Under the pieces are notes generated by a model, which worked only from the letters and a program-made list of their open reading frames with translations, was not told the DNA's origin and made no database searches. DNA of 64,000 nt from Podarcis tiliguerta (taxonomy: Eukaryota), in assembly GCA_965153285.1 (NCBI GenBank), contig OZ229115.1, one strand, 5' to 3'. The position numbers and the translations under genes were made by a program. Below are positions 49,744 through 62,504 of this stretch, one piece after another (within the stretch, counting starts at the first letter, position 1; each line of letters opens with the position of its first letter).

Positions 49744-52700
49744 TACAGGACAATTCTATAAGCTGGTGATGAAACCAGTGTACATTTAACTTCGGGTGTT
49801 GAATGGGTAGCCTCAGGTTTTTTGCTTGTTTTTAACTACACTAAATGGGTATTCCCAAAGTTTTGAGAAGGGTCATGGGACGGTTCTTGATTTTGTGTTG
49901 GCATAAGCAGATTTAAGGGTGCACCAAAATAGTTTACACAGTTCTGATTAACGGTTCTGTTCCCATGATGGTAGGCACATTTACCACAGTTTTCACAGCA
50001 CCTCTCTTCTGTTTGGTGGAGTGTGATGTCCTGAACCCGATGAAAACCCAGCAAGAGAATCCTTCTCCATGTGTGAAAGTGACAATCTTTGATTTGACTA
50101 ATTGATCTTGGTGTAAGAATCCTAAGTATGCAAATTTTCAAATTAAACAGGACTCTCCTTCTTGCAGTCTGGGTGTATATACTGTTATAGAAATTGGGGG
50201 GAATCCCACTAAAACCTAGAAATTAATAAATGCTAGGATTATGGGTTCTTTGTGATATGCAGGGGAAATATAAGCTGCAAGGGGGTTCCCGGGCTGCCTT
50301 ACACAAACCAGTCAACAACTCCTTGTTCCGGGTAAGACCAGAGACTAGGGATTTGGAAGGTTGCCAGGGTAACTGCTCTGGGGGAGCGCAAGGGGCTTCT
50401 GGGAAGAAGAAAGAGGAAGAAAAGGGGAGACAGATCATGGTGAGGGTGAAGGAAAAACTGCCTGCAAGATCTGGACCCCCTCCACACAGACCAAGGTTGT
50501 AATTAGGCGAATAAACCCTATTTCTTAAAGTATGACAGCCTCCACTGTATCTTCTGTTCTCCAAAGGGACACAGACCCTGTGTGGGTGCCTGAGATCTCA
50601 TGTGCTCTTGCCATGGACTTGGCAGAGAGAGGAACAGGCGCCTGACTGGTTACAAATGTAATTTAGCAGCCTGTTTTCAAAGATTTTAGCACTTCAAATG
50701 CAAATTGTGCTGGCTCACAAGAGTTAAATACAATTGTAATGATCCCAAAATATCTCCGTTCAACTTTCAAAAAGGTGTGGTAGGTAAACAACTCCTTGTA
50801 TTTAAGTTGTTAGGTGTCAGAGGGAGTGGCCATGTTGGGAATTACTGAAATAGCTTCATTAGACAAAGCATTCCCAGAAGGAATTGCATTCCCAGTCTGC
50901 CTGACTAAGAGTTCTGTGTGAGAAAGAAGCTTACATACTCCAATGTAAGACGATCCAGTAGAAGATAACACTGTACCTGCTTTGTATTCTGGGTATGTCT
51001 ACACAGCAGCCACTACAGCCAGGCATATGACTGGTTGTCCAGGAAATCTCCCTGGAAAGGACAGGCACCATCATCCCAAAAATGCTGAGACGATGACAGT
51101 ATTTGCATACAGTGGGCTGGTTCCACTGTTCCCTCGGTCTCCCCCAGCCATGTAGACACACAAATGGCTGGCATAGGAAAACCCTGCTACACATTTCTGT
51201 TATTTAGACCACATGAGCTCAACAGTCAATACTATTAAAAGAATAGCTTTGTGAGCACGATGACCTTATTCTCCAGATAAAGACAGTAACATTTATACAA
51301 GACACATTCTCCTCATCCAGTTTCTGGCACCTCCCAGTTTCTATGAGGCCCAAACAGCAGCAGGGCCAACCCACCCAGCCCTGGGCCTTAAGATAAAGGT
51401 GCAGCATCTGGAACAAATTTCTGTCAAGTCTCCATAGGTTTTGTGGAGAAAATCTACCTGACAGGGAATAGCTGTGAGTCAGGGCGTGGCCAGTTTTGAT
51501 GTTGCCCAATATGAGGTGGGTGGAGACCATTCCAAGGACAGTGCACCCTTATTTAAAATGATTTGACAGTCCTTATTTTTAACAGGCATAGTCTTCTTTT
51601 AAAAAAAAACAACAAACCAAAACATTATTGTATACTAAAAAGAACAGATTATATAACAGATTTGTAGGCATGTATGCAAAACAGTTTGCACAAGTCTGCT
51701 GCCTTTGGACTGAACTACATGAGATGAAGGAGATTGGGGTCGGTTTTTCTCAGCAGGGCAAATAGCATTAGGAGGGGAGGACCGGTTTAGCTCAAGGAAA
51801 GGGATAAAAGAGGGAAAGGGTTTAAAAAGGCCCCCCTTCATTCTAATTTGGGACTCCAAAGGTGCTTTTCATGAGAAACAGAAACATCAGGAAAACCAAA
51901 CACAAACCTCTTGTGTCTTGCGTAGTTTTGCACCAAGGCTCTGGGGTAAGTTCTAATGAATTCAGTGACGTTTACATTAATAGGTTCAGGCTGCACAGCA
52001 CCTATTAGACAGTTAAAGATAGAGAATATTTTGCTGCAGCAGATGCTGTCTAATGCTAGAAGGATGTTTTGAAAATGGCTGTGTGGTATGTATGTAATTT
52101 GCTATGTTTTGCAGTAGATGATGTTTGTGTTGTTATACCTAAGGTGAAAAAGTGAAGAAACTTTTCATAACCTGATTTAAAATAATAATTATACCAGTCC
52201 TCACTCACTTGTGGGCTTTGAAAAAACTGGTATGTGGTTGAAAACGCAGGTTTATTTAAAAACCTTATCGTCCCACACGACCAGAGAACACATCTCAGCA
52301 TCTTAAGCAGCAACTAGACAAGAAGAAGGCAGATCTGTTACTGACTTCCCAACAGATTTAGAAAAACTGCAAATGCAGCCATGGAAGAGAAGAAAACTGG
52401 GCCTGTGACACAGGAGGAAGGAAGCAAAGCAGAGGAGGGAGTCCCCAGCTGAAAGTAACCAAGTCACAAGAACTCAATGTAAAGTGATATGAATGTAAAT
52501 ATTATTTTGGAGATTTGTTTCACTGTTCAGAGAATTATACTGTTGTTCACATATTGGCTTTGGCTTGTATCTTATGTTTATGTTTATATTAATATCGTTT
52601 TAAACTGGGTTCCTGTGACTTCATCTTTTTGTTACAGGACGAAGGAGGACACCATATGTTTTAATCCATGAAGTGGCAACAGCAGCTGTGTAGGGGCAGA

Positions 52701-54043
52701 AGGAGGAGAATTTTAACCAGGAAACCAGATGGAGATGGGAGAGTAATTCCCTTCTTCAGTGCCCCTCCTGATCTGAATCTCACCCCCCACCAGCTGCATG
52801 TATCATTTTTTAAAATCATGGGAGATCCAGTTGTGAATCTCCCACCATCTCATTAAGTCTAGCTCTTAGTTTTACTTCAGTGTTCAAAATGGTCGAACTC
52901 ACAACTTTATTTCCAGTGCACTTGTCTTGTACAATTCCCCCAAAGGGCTCACATCTTTGTCTGGTGTAGCTGTTCTTTTCCCACAACTGAGAAGCAAATA
53001 AAAGCAACTCCTGGACTTAGGTGACTCAGCACATTCCAATACAGTGAAAAGCAGGTTTTCTCTGGACTTCCCGGGCCATTTGCCTGCCTAGCAACCAGGT
53101 ACTCAAACAAACAGTGCCAGACAGGACCTACCTGTGTCTGACCTGAAGCAGCTGGCTAGCAGGCCTCTTTTTAAAAGGAGTGGCCGGCCAACTGTGCCAG
53201 AGGCTAAAGTACAATCAAATCCCATTCATGGTGAGCTCTGGTTATATACTGACAGTATCCACCACACCTTGATCTGAACCCCTAGCATCCACATGAAGAC
53301 TGAGCTGTTTACCAGAGCCAGTGTTGTTGGGGGGGGGGGGCTGGCCATTACAGTTAGATCCTTTGCTTCTTGGTCTTTAAAAATGAAGCTGTTACTACTT
53401 CTGCATAAGTCAGTCACTGGGGATACAGACTGATGGGTTCATTTCCATGTGTTCCACTCCTAGAATGTTGGGACTATTGGGGGGGGAAAGTCCCTGGAAT
53501 TTAGAATGAAGTTCTGGGAGCATCTATTGGCTGAATATGCTGTATGAAAGAGGCTATTGGAGGTGAGGGAATTCCCCAAGGCTCAGGGAGCTAACCTTTG
53601 ATTTGTGTTGCATAGAGAGTAAGTTGTATATTGGATATAGCAAACTTCAACTGCTTCTGTCCAACTGATATTTTATTTACTCTGAATGTGTTGTTTTCTA
53701 AAAAGATTTTGAGGAGATATATAAAATAATGACAATGAAATTGAGCCTATTCCTCCCTCCCATTCAGCTTTTTCCACCAGTGGAGGTACATAGCATTTAT
53801 AAAAGCTTTCTGTAATTTATTACAGCAAAATATGATATATCAAGTACAACATCTGAGCGACAGTCCCGTCATCATCCAAAAAAATAAAAGTTGTTTCATA
53901 CTAAAGGAGACAGAGACAGTTATGGCATCTGTAGTTGCAATGTTGTTCTTTAAGTCCTGTTTCATTGGTGTACGAAATAAATTGCTACCATGTAGTATAA
54001 AAAACACACCTGGTGTTTCCTTGCTGTTCAACACTTTAAACAT

Positions 54044-54455
54044 ACTGTCTCGCCAGAGTGGTACATGCTCTGGTTATCTCCCGCTTGGATTACTGCAGTG
54101 CGCTCTGTGTGGGGCTACCTTTGAAGGTGACTCGGAAACTGCAACTAATCCAGAATGCAGCAGCTGGACTGATGACTGGGCGTGGCCGCTGGGACCATAT
54201 AACACTGGTCCTAAAGGATCTTCACTGGCTCCCAGTACGCTTCCGAGCACAATTCAATGTGTTGGTGCTGACCTTTAAAGCCCTAAATGGCCTCAGCCCA
54301 GTATACCTGAAGGAGTGTCTCCACCCCCATCATTCAGCTCAGACACTGAGGTTATCCCCCGAGGGTCTTCTGGCAGTTCCCTCACTGCGAGAAGTGATGT
54401 TACAGGGAACCAGGCAAGGGCCTTCTTGGCAGTGGCACCCTGTGGAATGCCCTAG
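54044..54455 (+). mobile_element. L2 LINE ORF2 C-terminal fragment
   Basis: VHALVISRLDYC..L..GLP....KLQLIQNAAA...HIT.VLKDLHWLPVRFRAQF...LTFKALNGLSPVYL. Confidence 0.92.
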
Positions 54456-55409
54456 TAATTTATCATGATCATTATCATCGTAATGCAGCCCATAGTCGCC
54501 TTTGACTGGACTTAACAGTCCAGGGTTCCTTTATCTTTAAGTCCATTGTTAAACCATGCAAATACATCCAAGTTTGGATGATGAACAACCTTGCTGCTTT
54601 CAGTATCCAAATGTGTTCTTTGGTTTGTTTGTTTGTTTCCTTCATATTACTTAAACTAGGGACTTTTTGGGAAATGCTAAAGAGCATAAGAAGTTGTTCA
54701 GATTACGTTAAAGGGGAATGAGTTTTATTTGTAATACTTGCTGTTCTTATTATTTTAAGATGAGGTTCTATTTCCATTTAAAAGAAAAGACAACATTATT
54801 TGTGTAAGTGCAAAGGGATGATCCTGCCCACAGAACAGCCAGTTTCTATGAGGGCTTGGGTCATTACAGAACCATCTCCCACAACTTGACCAGCTTTTGA
54901 ACCTGGCCCTTGTTACTTTTGCAATCTCCTAGCGGAAAAGTGACTCATATAGATGAGTATATTATACTAAGCAATGTTTCTGAGATAAGTGAGATAAGTG
55001 TCAAGGAGACCTTAGCTCCCGTGCTTTGACACAGACTGACAAGCATGTATAAGCACTACTCTGAGTAGATGCAATTATAACTTTTAGTAACGGGTGCAAT
55101 TTAGAAGGTCGGTTGGAGTGGCAGTTTTCAAGTGATAAGCTGATTGCTTAACAGAAAGTGCATCAAAGTATTAAGAAAGCACTGTTTATGGTAGCTGATT
55201 ATATGATAGTGCTCAGGATTTCCTATGACACACCCTATTGTCTACAATGAAAACATTCACTTCAATGTAGGAGCACCTTTCCATGACCAGTCCAAGTAAA
55301 CACGTCCCTCCTACCCTTTGCCCCTTGTGGTAGGTGAGCCATGGTGAAGAATAAGGTGGCCAGATTGCTAGCTGGGGCAAGATAGTCTGAGCATATAACA
55401 ACAATCTGG

Positions 55410-55665
55410 GCACAACTGTCCTGGCTACCAGCTAGTTTGGGGGCTCAATTCAAAGTGCTGGTTTTGATCTATAAAGCCTTATGCTGCTCAGGACCCCCAG
55501 CACTTCAAGGACTGCCCCTGCCCACATGAACCTATCTGGACACTGTGTTAGTTATCTAAGGCCCTTCTCTATGTGCCACCTTTGAGGGAAGTGCAGGGGA
55601 TGGCAACATGAGAACGGGGCCTTTTCAGTGGTGGCTCTTCCTTTCCCCAAGGAAGCATGCCTGGT
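55410..55665 (+). mobile_element. Decayed L2 LINE fragment
   Basis: CTGGCTACCAG...CAATTCAAAGTGCTGGTTTTGATCTATAAAGCCTTA...GGGCCTTTTCAGTGGTGGC. Confidence 0.8.
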
Positions 55666-55728
55666 GCCGTGTGAGAAAGATCAGGCTAAGAGAGTGTGAC
55701 TTCAAGGGTAAGTGGAGATTTGAACCTG

Positions 55729-55730
<2 letters not shown>

Positions 55731-55764
<34 letters not shown>
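55731..55764. repeat. (CT)n microsatellite inside a MIR-like fragment
   Basis: Direct inspection. Confidence 0.9.
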
Positions 55765-55768
<4 letters not shown>

Positions 55769-55858
55769 TGCTCAGTCTCAGTCTGACACACTCATCACTA
55801 CCCTAAGAGCAGGTTGGGGTTGGAAGAAACAAAAGAATAAAAAACCAGATATTAGATA

Positions 55859-56098
55859 CAGTGGTACCTCTGGTTAAGAACAATTCGTTCTGGAGCTCCG
55901 TTCTTAACCTGAAACTGTTCTTAACCTGAGGTACCACTTTAGCTAATGGGGCCTCCCGCTGCCACTGCTCTGCCGCCATGTGATTTCTGTTCTCATCCTG
56001 AAGCAAAGTTCTTAACCCGAGGTACTATTTCTGGGTTAGCGGAGTCTGTAACCTGAAGCGTCTTTAACCTGAAGCGTCTGTACCCTGAGGTACCACTG
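55859..56098 (+). mobile_element. Tc1/mariner MITE, family A, copy 5
   Basis: TA|CAGTGGTACCTC...GAGGTACCACTG|TA. Confidence 0.92.
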
Positions 56099-56330
56099 TA
56101 CAACCCTAGGATGGAACCTGTCCACCTCTGATGGAAACCAGGCCTTTCCCCCTCACACACTGGAACTCTCCCCTACCTCTCTCTGCCAATTGACTGTAAG
56201 GCTCAGGCTCCAGGCAGGATGCCCCCAAGGCATTCAAAGCAGCAGCTGCAAGTTCCCAGTGCCAACATGACCAAAGTTGGATGGGCTGGGCATGGAGGTA
56301 TTACCCCCTTCTTATTCAGGTGTCACCGTG

Positions 56331-56465
56331 TCACTTGTGCTGTGGGTCAAGGGGGCGTTGATGTTCCCGCGTTAGTGTTCCACGCCGGCGCTGGCACAAG
56401 GAGGATCGCATTCCACACCCCTTCCGTAGTGCATGCATCTTCCAGGCCTGAGCCAGGCTTTCCAC
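56331..56465 (-). CDS. BTBD19: BTB domain-containing protein 19, last coding exon (135 nt including TGA): VESLAQAWKMHALRKGCGMRSSLCQRRRGTLTREHQRPLDPQHK*
   Basis: Acceptor tttctacccttgcctag|GTGGAA. AWK.HAL and RRRGTL.REH match the recalled human BTBD19 C-terminus. Missed by the ORF track. Confidence 0.92.
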   Translation of the reverse strand: MESLAQAWKMHALRKGCGMRSSLCQRRRGTLTREHQRPLDPQHK

Positions 56466-57063
56466 CTAGGCAAGGGTAGAAACAAATCCATTATATTCAG
56501 GCCAGTGCTGGACAGGAGTGAAGATCAGCGGGAACCATGCCCAGGTGGGTAATGCAGCAGAATGGTGTCTAAGCAGGAGAATTGAGGAGGATACAGTGGG
56601 AAGCAGATGGAAGAAGTAGAGATGGCCACTTCTCTTCTCTCAGGGGCCCCGAGGCCATCACCTAGTAAACCAACAAACTCTCTTGGTCTCAGAACTCTAC
56701 ATGTGCTCTTGTCCAGGGTTCCACTGACCCAGTGATGCTTTCTTTCAGGATATTCCATTCTGTTCCTGTATCATCATCCCTTCCACAACTTCCCCAGTGA
56801 GTTAGTCAGTATTCTGTGGTCCGGCCACTGAGCATTCTCACTCGTCACAGAGCTATTTTAGGTCCCACCTCCCTCAAGGTTCCCTACTCCCCTAAAAGTC
56901 TTATGTACTTCTGCAAACCACAGGAAAGGCGCTTCTTCTCTGCCACTAATTTTAGCTAATTAAATATGAAAAGAAGGAGCAAGCGCTCTAAAGACAGGGA
57001 GAGACATGTGATCCATGCAAGCTGGTGCAAAAAGCTATTACTGAGGTGGGTAGCCTCTCTCAC

Positions 57064-57189
57064 TGGAATCATTTGGTCCTTCTTGTTCTCCTCCTCCAGC
57101 GTGGTCAGCTCACTTGGTGACAGCAGATCCAGACGCAGCCCTGGCACCACTGTTGCTGCCACATCGTGCACAGTCCTGTCTAGAACAGC
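57064..57189 (-). CDS. BTBD19: BTBD19 exon (126 nt): AVLDRTVHDVAATVVPGLRLDLLSPSELTTLEEENKKDQMIP
   Basis: ccttcttgcag|GCT ... CCA|gtgaga; phase 0/0; end of the BACK domain (LRL.LL.P.EL). Confidence 0.93.
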
Positions 57190-57617
57190 CTGCAAGAAGG
57201 GAGTTCAGGATCAGCACAGGCCAGGGGAGAGGGGCTGCTGACAGACCTGGATAAGCAATCATGTCACAAGCTGTCCTAGTTCTGAACTGCTGTGATGCAG
57301 CAGAAACTCTGGGGAAAGGGAAGGAAATAATTTTCAGTTCCAGGGAGTGGGTCGCCAAACAATGGGAGATGTGGAGTATCAGAGAAAGGCACCTCAGAAT
57401 TCCTGGGATCTAGTGGGCCCTGCTCCGTGCTCTTGCAGCTGGGTAGAAATAGGGAAAAGTCATGTGATGGGGGCACCAGTGGGAACGTTTCCATGTTCTC
57501 CTGGATGTGTCTCATCTCTCTTTCTTAGTTAAGCTGGAGCTACTTGCTTTGTAGGCAGCTTTTGATAAGAACATAGGGAAATCTGATGGCTGTCATTTCA
57601 CTGGGGCAAGTGCATCA

Positions 57618-57800
57618 TAGGAACATTGGAAGCTACCTTATGCTGAGTCAGTAGTGTCTAGATCAGTGGTGTCTACCATATGGACTTGCAAGGGTTTTCT
57701 AGTATTTCAGACAGGAGTATCTTCCAACCTTGCCTCAAGTTCTCAGGGACTGAATTTGGGACCATCTGCATGCAAAGCAGTTGCTCTATCCTACAACCCT
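57618..57800 (-). mobile_element. Squam3-like SINE, degenerate
   Basis: AGGAACATTGGAAGCTACCTTATGCTGAGTCAG...GGGACCATCTGCATGCAAAGCAG. Confidence 0.6.
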
Positions 57801-58688
57801 TTCTTATCTGCTTGGAACACACTGTGGCCTAGATTCTGTTGGTTGGTAGGTGGTTGGCTCTAAGCAAATTTACTGAAGGAGAGCACTGGACTGGCTCATT
57901 AGGTTTAGAATATTGCAGTTGCGGTGCCTGATTGGCTGGTCTGAAAACCAAGATCTTCTATCTTGGAGCCAGGCCTGGTGGTAGTTAAATGAGGGAGGTG
58001 GACTCAGTGTGGGTGGGTGTGAGAGAGTTGGAGCCCTAACACCAATGCTATGGAAAACCTGCAAATAACTGTAGATTAACATCTGCTATTAATGTGAAGT
58101 GGTTTGTTGGTTGTACATTTATTTTCCAACCACATAATTCTGTGGAAAACGTTTTATATACTCAAGAAAGGTGTAAGTTGCTGCCTTTGGCCAATGGGTT
58201 GCAGTTATTTTTATTATTTAGGTAATTTATATACTGTTTCATTCCTCCAAGAACTGTCTGAGTGGTTCCCAACATTATAAAAATATCACCAAAAAATACG
58301 ACACAGAACAATTACCATAGATCCTCTTAAACATCAGTATAAACTAAAACAACTAACATATGGAGACAATAATAACTACTAGCTGACTGAAATACAGAAA
58401 TACAGCAGAGACAACCAGCCCCACCCACCAACTGTGCAAGCCTGTATTTATATGGAGCATCAGCACTCTCTCTTCTGTTGCTGCCTCTCCAACTTAAGTG
58501 GGGCAAAATTATGCCCTCCCCACTTCCACAGCAACCTGCTATCACCAGGGAGCATCCACAATCATTCCTCCCCATCATGGCTTTTTCAGCTCTATACATC
58601 TTCCAAGAGAACCCCGTGAGTGGGATCCTCAATCCCTGCTCCCTTTGTTCCCTTTTCTCCCTTTCCTCACCACATAATGAGCACTTAC

Positions 58689-58820
58689 GGATCCAACATG
58701 AGCCCATTCCCGAACAGCACGAATCAGCTTCACCTCATCGATGGCCAAACAGTCACTGCGCAAGATAGTTTGCATTGCCAGTTCCGACAATTCCAAGAAG
58801 CCACGTGTTAGCACCACGTC
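58689..58820 (-). CDS. BTBD19: BTBD19 exon (132 nt): DVVLTRGFLELSELAMQTILRSDCLAIDEVKLIRAVREWAHVGS
   Basis: attttcccccag|GAC ... TCC|gtaagt; BACK-domain motifs FLELS, SD.L..DE and W. Confidence 0.94.
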
Positions 58821-59295
58821 CTGGGGGAAAATATGCAGCTCATCTGTGGAGTGGAAAGAACTCCTCTGTCACTAAAAAATGGCGGCCACAGCTAAGGAGT
58901 AAGGTACCCATGGTATGTCCATAGAGAGTTTAGGGTTGAAATAGGTGAGATAAACTGCATTAGAGTCCTCTTCCTACCATGATGAAGCACAAAGACCACC
59001 ACCCTTCCCAATTGCACCGAGGTACTGAGAGATGATGTAATCTGGAGGACAGGTCATGTCTGCCGGTGGCACCCTGTTCCCTGCATAACCAAATCATGAT
59101 ACTGAGCCAGTATGGTCTGAAAGCACATGACACAGCAACTCTGGACACCCTATATATGCCACTGTAATGGAAGCAAGGTGGGATATAAATATATCAAATG
59201 CACGAACAACAAACATGGTCCTATAGGGAAGAGGTCTGATTAGAATAGGACCTCCATATTTCATGGGGAAACCTCTGCACTTGTCCTGTGCTTAC

Positions 59296-59364
59296 CTGAG
59301 TACAACTCTCGATGAAAGCCAGGCAATGTATCTGCAAATCCATCTGCCCATATGCTACAGCTGC
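59296..59364 (-). CDS. BTBD19: BTBD19 exon (69 nt): AAVAYGQMDLQIHCLAFIESCTQ
   Basis: ctctcttaatggcag|GCA ... CAG|gtaagc; phase 0/0; aligns to recalled human VAVTFGLGQLQERCVAFIEAHSQ. Confidence 0.9.
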
Positions 59365-59427
59365 CTGCCATTAAGAGAGTGAGAAGAAAAATTGATAAAA
59401 GGCTGTGCTTAAAGAGACAAAGCTGAG

Positions 59428-59505
59428 AGAACGTAAGAAGAGTTCTGCTGGATAAGGCCAAAGGTCCATCTAATCTGTTCTCACACAGACCAACCAGATG
59501 CCCAT
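59428..59505 (-). mobile_element. CR1 LINE 3' end fragment
   Basis: GAACGTAAGAAGAG..CTGCTGGATAAGGCCAAAGGTCCATCTA. Confidence 0.65.
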
Positions 59506-59669
59506 CCATGAAAGAATGTTGGGGCTTTAGGTAGAGGAGAAGCAGAAAAGGATCGTGGGTTGGGAGTGACAGAGCTGGCTGTAGTTTGCTTTTCATTTCA
59601 TTCTAAGTATTTGAACCTGGAAGAAACACCATCAAAAGTCCTCCCCTCTCCCACAATGGAGATGCTTAT

Positions 59670-59800
59670 GGCAGACCCTCCAAGTGTCCCTATTTTCCAG
59701 GGATGTCCCTGATTTAGAGAAGCCATCCTAGTTTCTGATTTGATCATGGAATGTCCCGCTTTTCCTTAGGACGTCCCTATTTTAGGGGATGTCCCTTAGG
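59670..59800. mobile_element. DNA-transposon end fragment with repeated GTCCC motifs
   Basis: GACCCTCCAAGTGTCCCTATTTTCCAGGGA; GTCCCTATTTT repeated. Confidence 0.5.
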
Positions 59801-61009
59801 ACTCGTTACAAACACAAAACCTGATTTTGCACCCAACCACAAGCTGTCTTATAACGTACTTTAAGTAACAGAGTTCAAAATGACCAAATGTGTTTGTGAT
59901 TTGGTGTTCAGTGGGTTAATACTGCGGATGTAGAGTAGAAATTTTCCACTACTACATTTTTCCATGGAATCTTTCTCATTTCTAAAACTGCATTGTATCA
60001 TAAAATTAATCTGGAACGTAACAAAATGACTGGGCAGTTTCAAAGCTATAACATTTTTTTAACCCAGAAGTCTATACTTCGAAATATATATAGATCTAAT
60101 CAGCACCTCTTGGGGGCAGGCTAAAATTAGTATATTAATGGTTTTCAATGCCTTCATTCTCTTTTAAAAATGTAAACAATGAAAGAGAAGCTTATGCTAA
60201 CTGAATTGTCATCTCTTAAAATATTTACATGTCTTCCATAAAAAAATGCAAAGCTTTGCTTGAAAAATATTTTTAAACATAACATTTTAGGTTGCAATCC
60301 TATGTCCACTACTTGGGAGTAAGCCCCACTGAACTTGGGGCCAAACTAGAAGTGGCTATTCATGTAATTTGTAACTGCATCAATGCCTTTCTAAAAGTAA
60401 ATTGCAGGAGTGCAAGACCCAGGAATGGGGAATAGAGGACCTTAAGCTCTTGCCTTGTACTGTGATCTCAATCAAGACCAGCCCCTCTCCTAAAAGCTAA
60501 AGTCCCCTGCCCTCCAAGCCAGGGTCTTAATGCAGATTGGGGTTCCTGGGCCTGTAGTTTCCCTTTAAAAAGCCAGTCATGCTAAGTGTGCGAATGGCAT
60601 TTCACCTAGTTTATTCCACAATGGGACTTACCGTACTTATAATGAAGCATGTGAAGGACTGCACTGCAAATGACATTAAAGATATGTGATGGTACTGAGA
60701 AAATTGAAAAGAAGCTGATTGAGGGGTAATAGGATGTGGTGGATAGCTCACTTCACCAGTGTAACACCAAACATGCCACCACAATGACAGAAAGGCTGCC
60801 ACAACTCCCTGGATACACCCCAGGAAAAATCTACCAGCATATCTGGTATGGTGGAGAAAATGTGCTTGATAGCCTTCAGAAAAGCTTTCTACGTGGTCTG
60901 AAAGGTATTAACAGGACATCAGTGATAAACATAATGATAGCAGCCATATTATTTACTTTCTATAGTCCACATACATCTACCTTCATTGTACACTGCTTGA
61001 AGATAAGCA

Positions 61010-61102
61010 TCCCATATGGCATTTGTCTGGCTACTAATGGAAATAGATGCAGCACCAGATGGACCTTTGATTGAATCCAGCAGGGCAATTCTTACATCTC
61101 TT
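61010..61102 (+). mobile_element. CR1 LINE 3' end fragment
   Basis: AGATGGACCTTTGATTGAATCCAGCAGGGCAATTCTTA. Confidence 0.6.
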
Positions 61103-62368
61103 CGAAGAGAACATACCCCAAGTAAACAAAGCAAGGAGTATCTACTTGCACTGAATGAGGCAAGCAAGCATGGTGGGTCAAGCTTATTCTGATTGCTTCT
61201 GCTAACATAAAGTAGCCAACCTGAAACTGTGAGATGAGATTAGTTATCATCTAATAACCTTTAAATAGTCAATTGAACTCACAATCAGGATGGGTAAAGA
61301 ATGACAAAATAGTGGATTTGTTCCACCTTTTCAATTGATGAATGTAAAGTGGGAGGTGTAATGCTCACTAGTCATTCTAAGTTGGGAGAGACATGGGCCT
61401 GCAGTCACTCAGGGTTTCTCCTCTCCCTAATTCCACCTACCTTCTGCATAATGTCTAGTTAAACATATTATGTGATGTTATCAATATAGAAGTGTGACAC
61501 TGTATACATGGTTTAAACATAGGCCAAGTTCTGAATTAACGTTGTCTGCAAGAGGGTCACTTTTGTGTGTGTGTTGTGTTGGTTTTTTTACTTTCTACAG
61601 GAACATTCATATTATTGAAAGGTCAAGCATGGCCATCTCTAAAGACAGAACTTGCAGGTATCACCTCAGTAAAACCAGAAATGCATCTGTGGAATGTGCC
61701 CTTTGTATCACTGTCTGAAAATCCAAATGATATCAACATAATCTCCTGCAGAGCGATAGAAGCATCTGTGGATTCAAGGCTGCAAGGAAAATGATCAGTC
61801 CCCATAGAAAGTGATGATGTCTACTTACTCTGATGATTCCCATGGGGACAGAACTAACGAATATTGTGTCAGACACATCCCAGGCTCAGTGAGCACAAAT
61901 TACAGGTGGGAACTAGGAGGAGTAAGTTGTGCAGTTAAGCAAGAAACAAACAATTTCTATTGTGTGAAAACAATGTGTTTGTGGCAAACCACATTATCTT
62001 GCTGGTTGCTTTCAGGAGACACCAGCCCTACCACATGGCCAAGCCTGCAGCTGGAAACTAACGATTCCAATTAACGGCACCAGCTGACCACTGTAAACAG
62101 CCGTCAAACCACATGTGACCAGAGTAGCAACATTGTTTTTCCACTATTATCAGACAGAGTAAAAGGGAGAATGCAGTAGAAACTATGAGTTCCAGTCAAC
62201 CCAGCCTTCTAAAAAGGGGGAATTCTGACACATGGGTATGGCTAGCCCACTACATATGACACCACCAAATGTCATGTCTCCTACAGGAACTGATCTCTGT
62301 ATCACATGGGAACTGCCAGAAGCAACACTTCACAGATATGGAATGCTTTCCCCACAAAGGGGCATAGG

Positions 62369-62504
62369 CAGGCATGGCCAAACTTGGCCCTCCAACTGTT
62401 TTGGGACTACAATTCCCATCTTCCCTGACCACTGGTCCTGTTAGCTAGGGTTGGTGGGAGTTGTGGTTTCAAAACAGCTGGGGAGCCAAGTTTGGCCATG
62501 CCTG
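62369..62504. mobile_element. Intact palindromic hAT-type MITE (family C)
   Basis: Perfect 20-bp TIRs CAGGCATGGCCAAACTTGGC / GCCAAGTTTGGCCATGCCTG. GCATAGG is duplicated on both flanks (7-8 bp). Carries ACTACAATTCCCA at 62406-62418. Confidence 0.9.
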
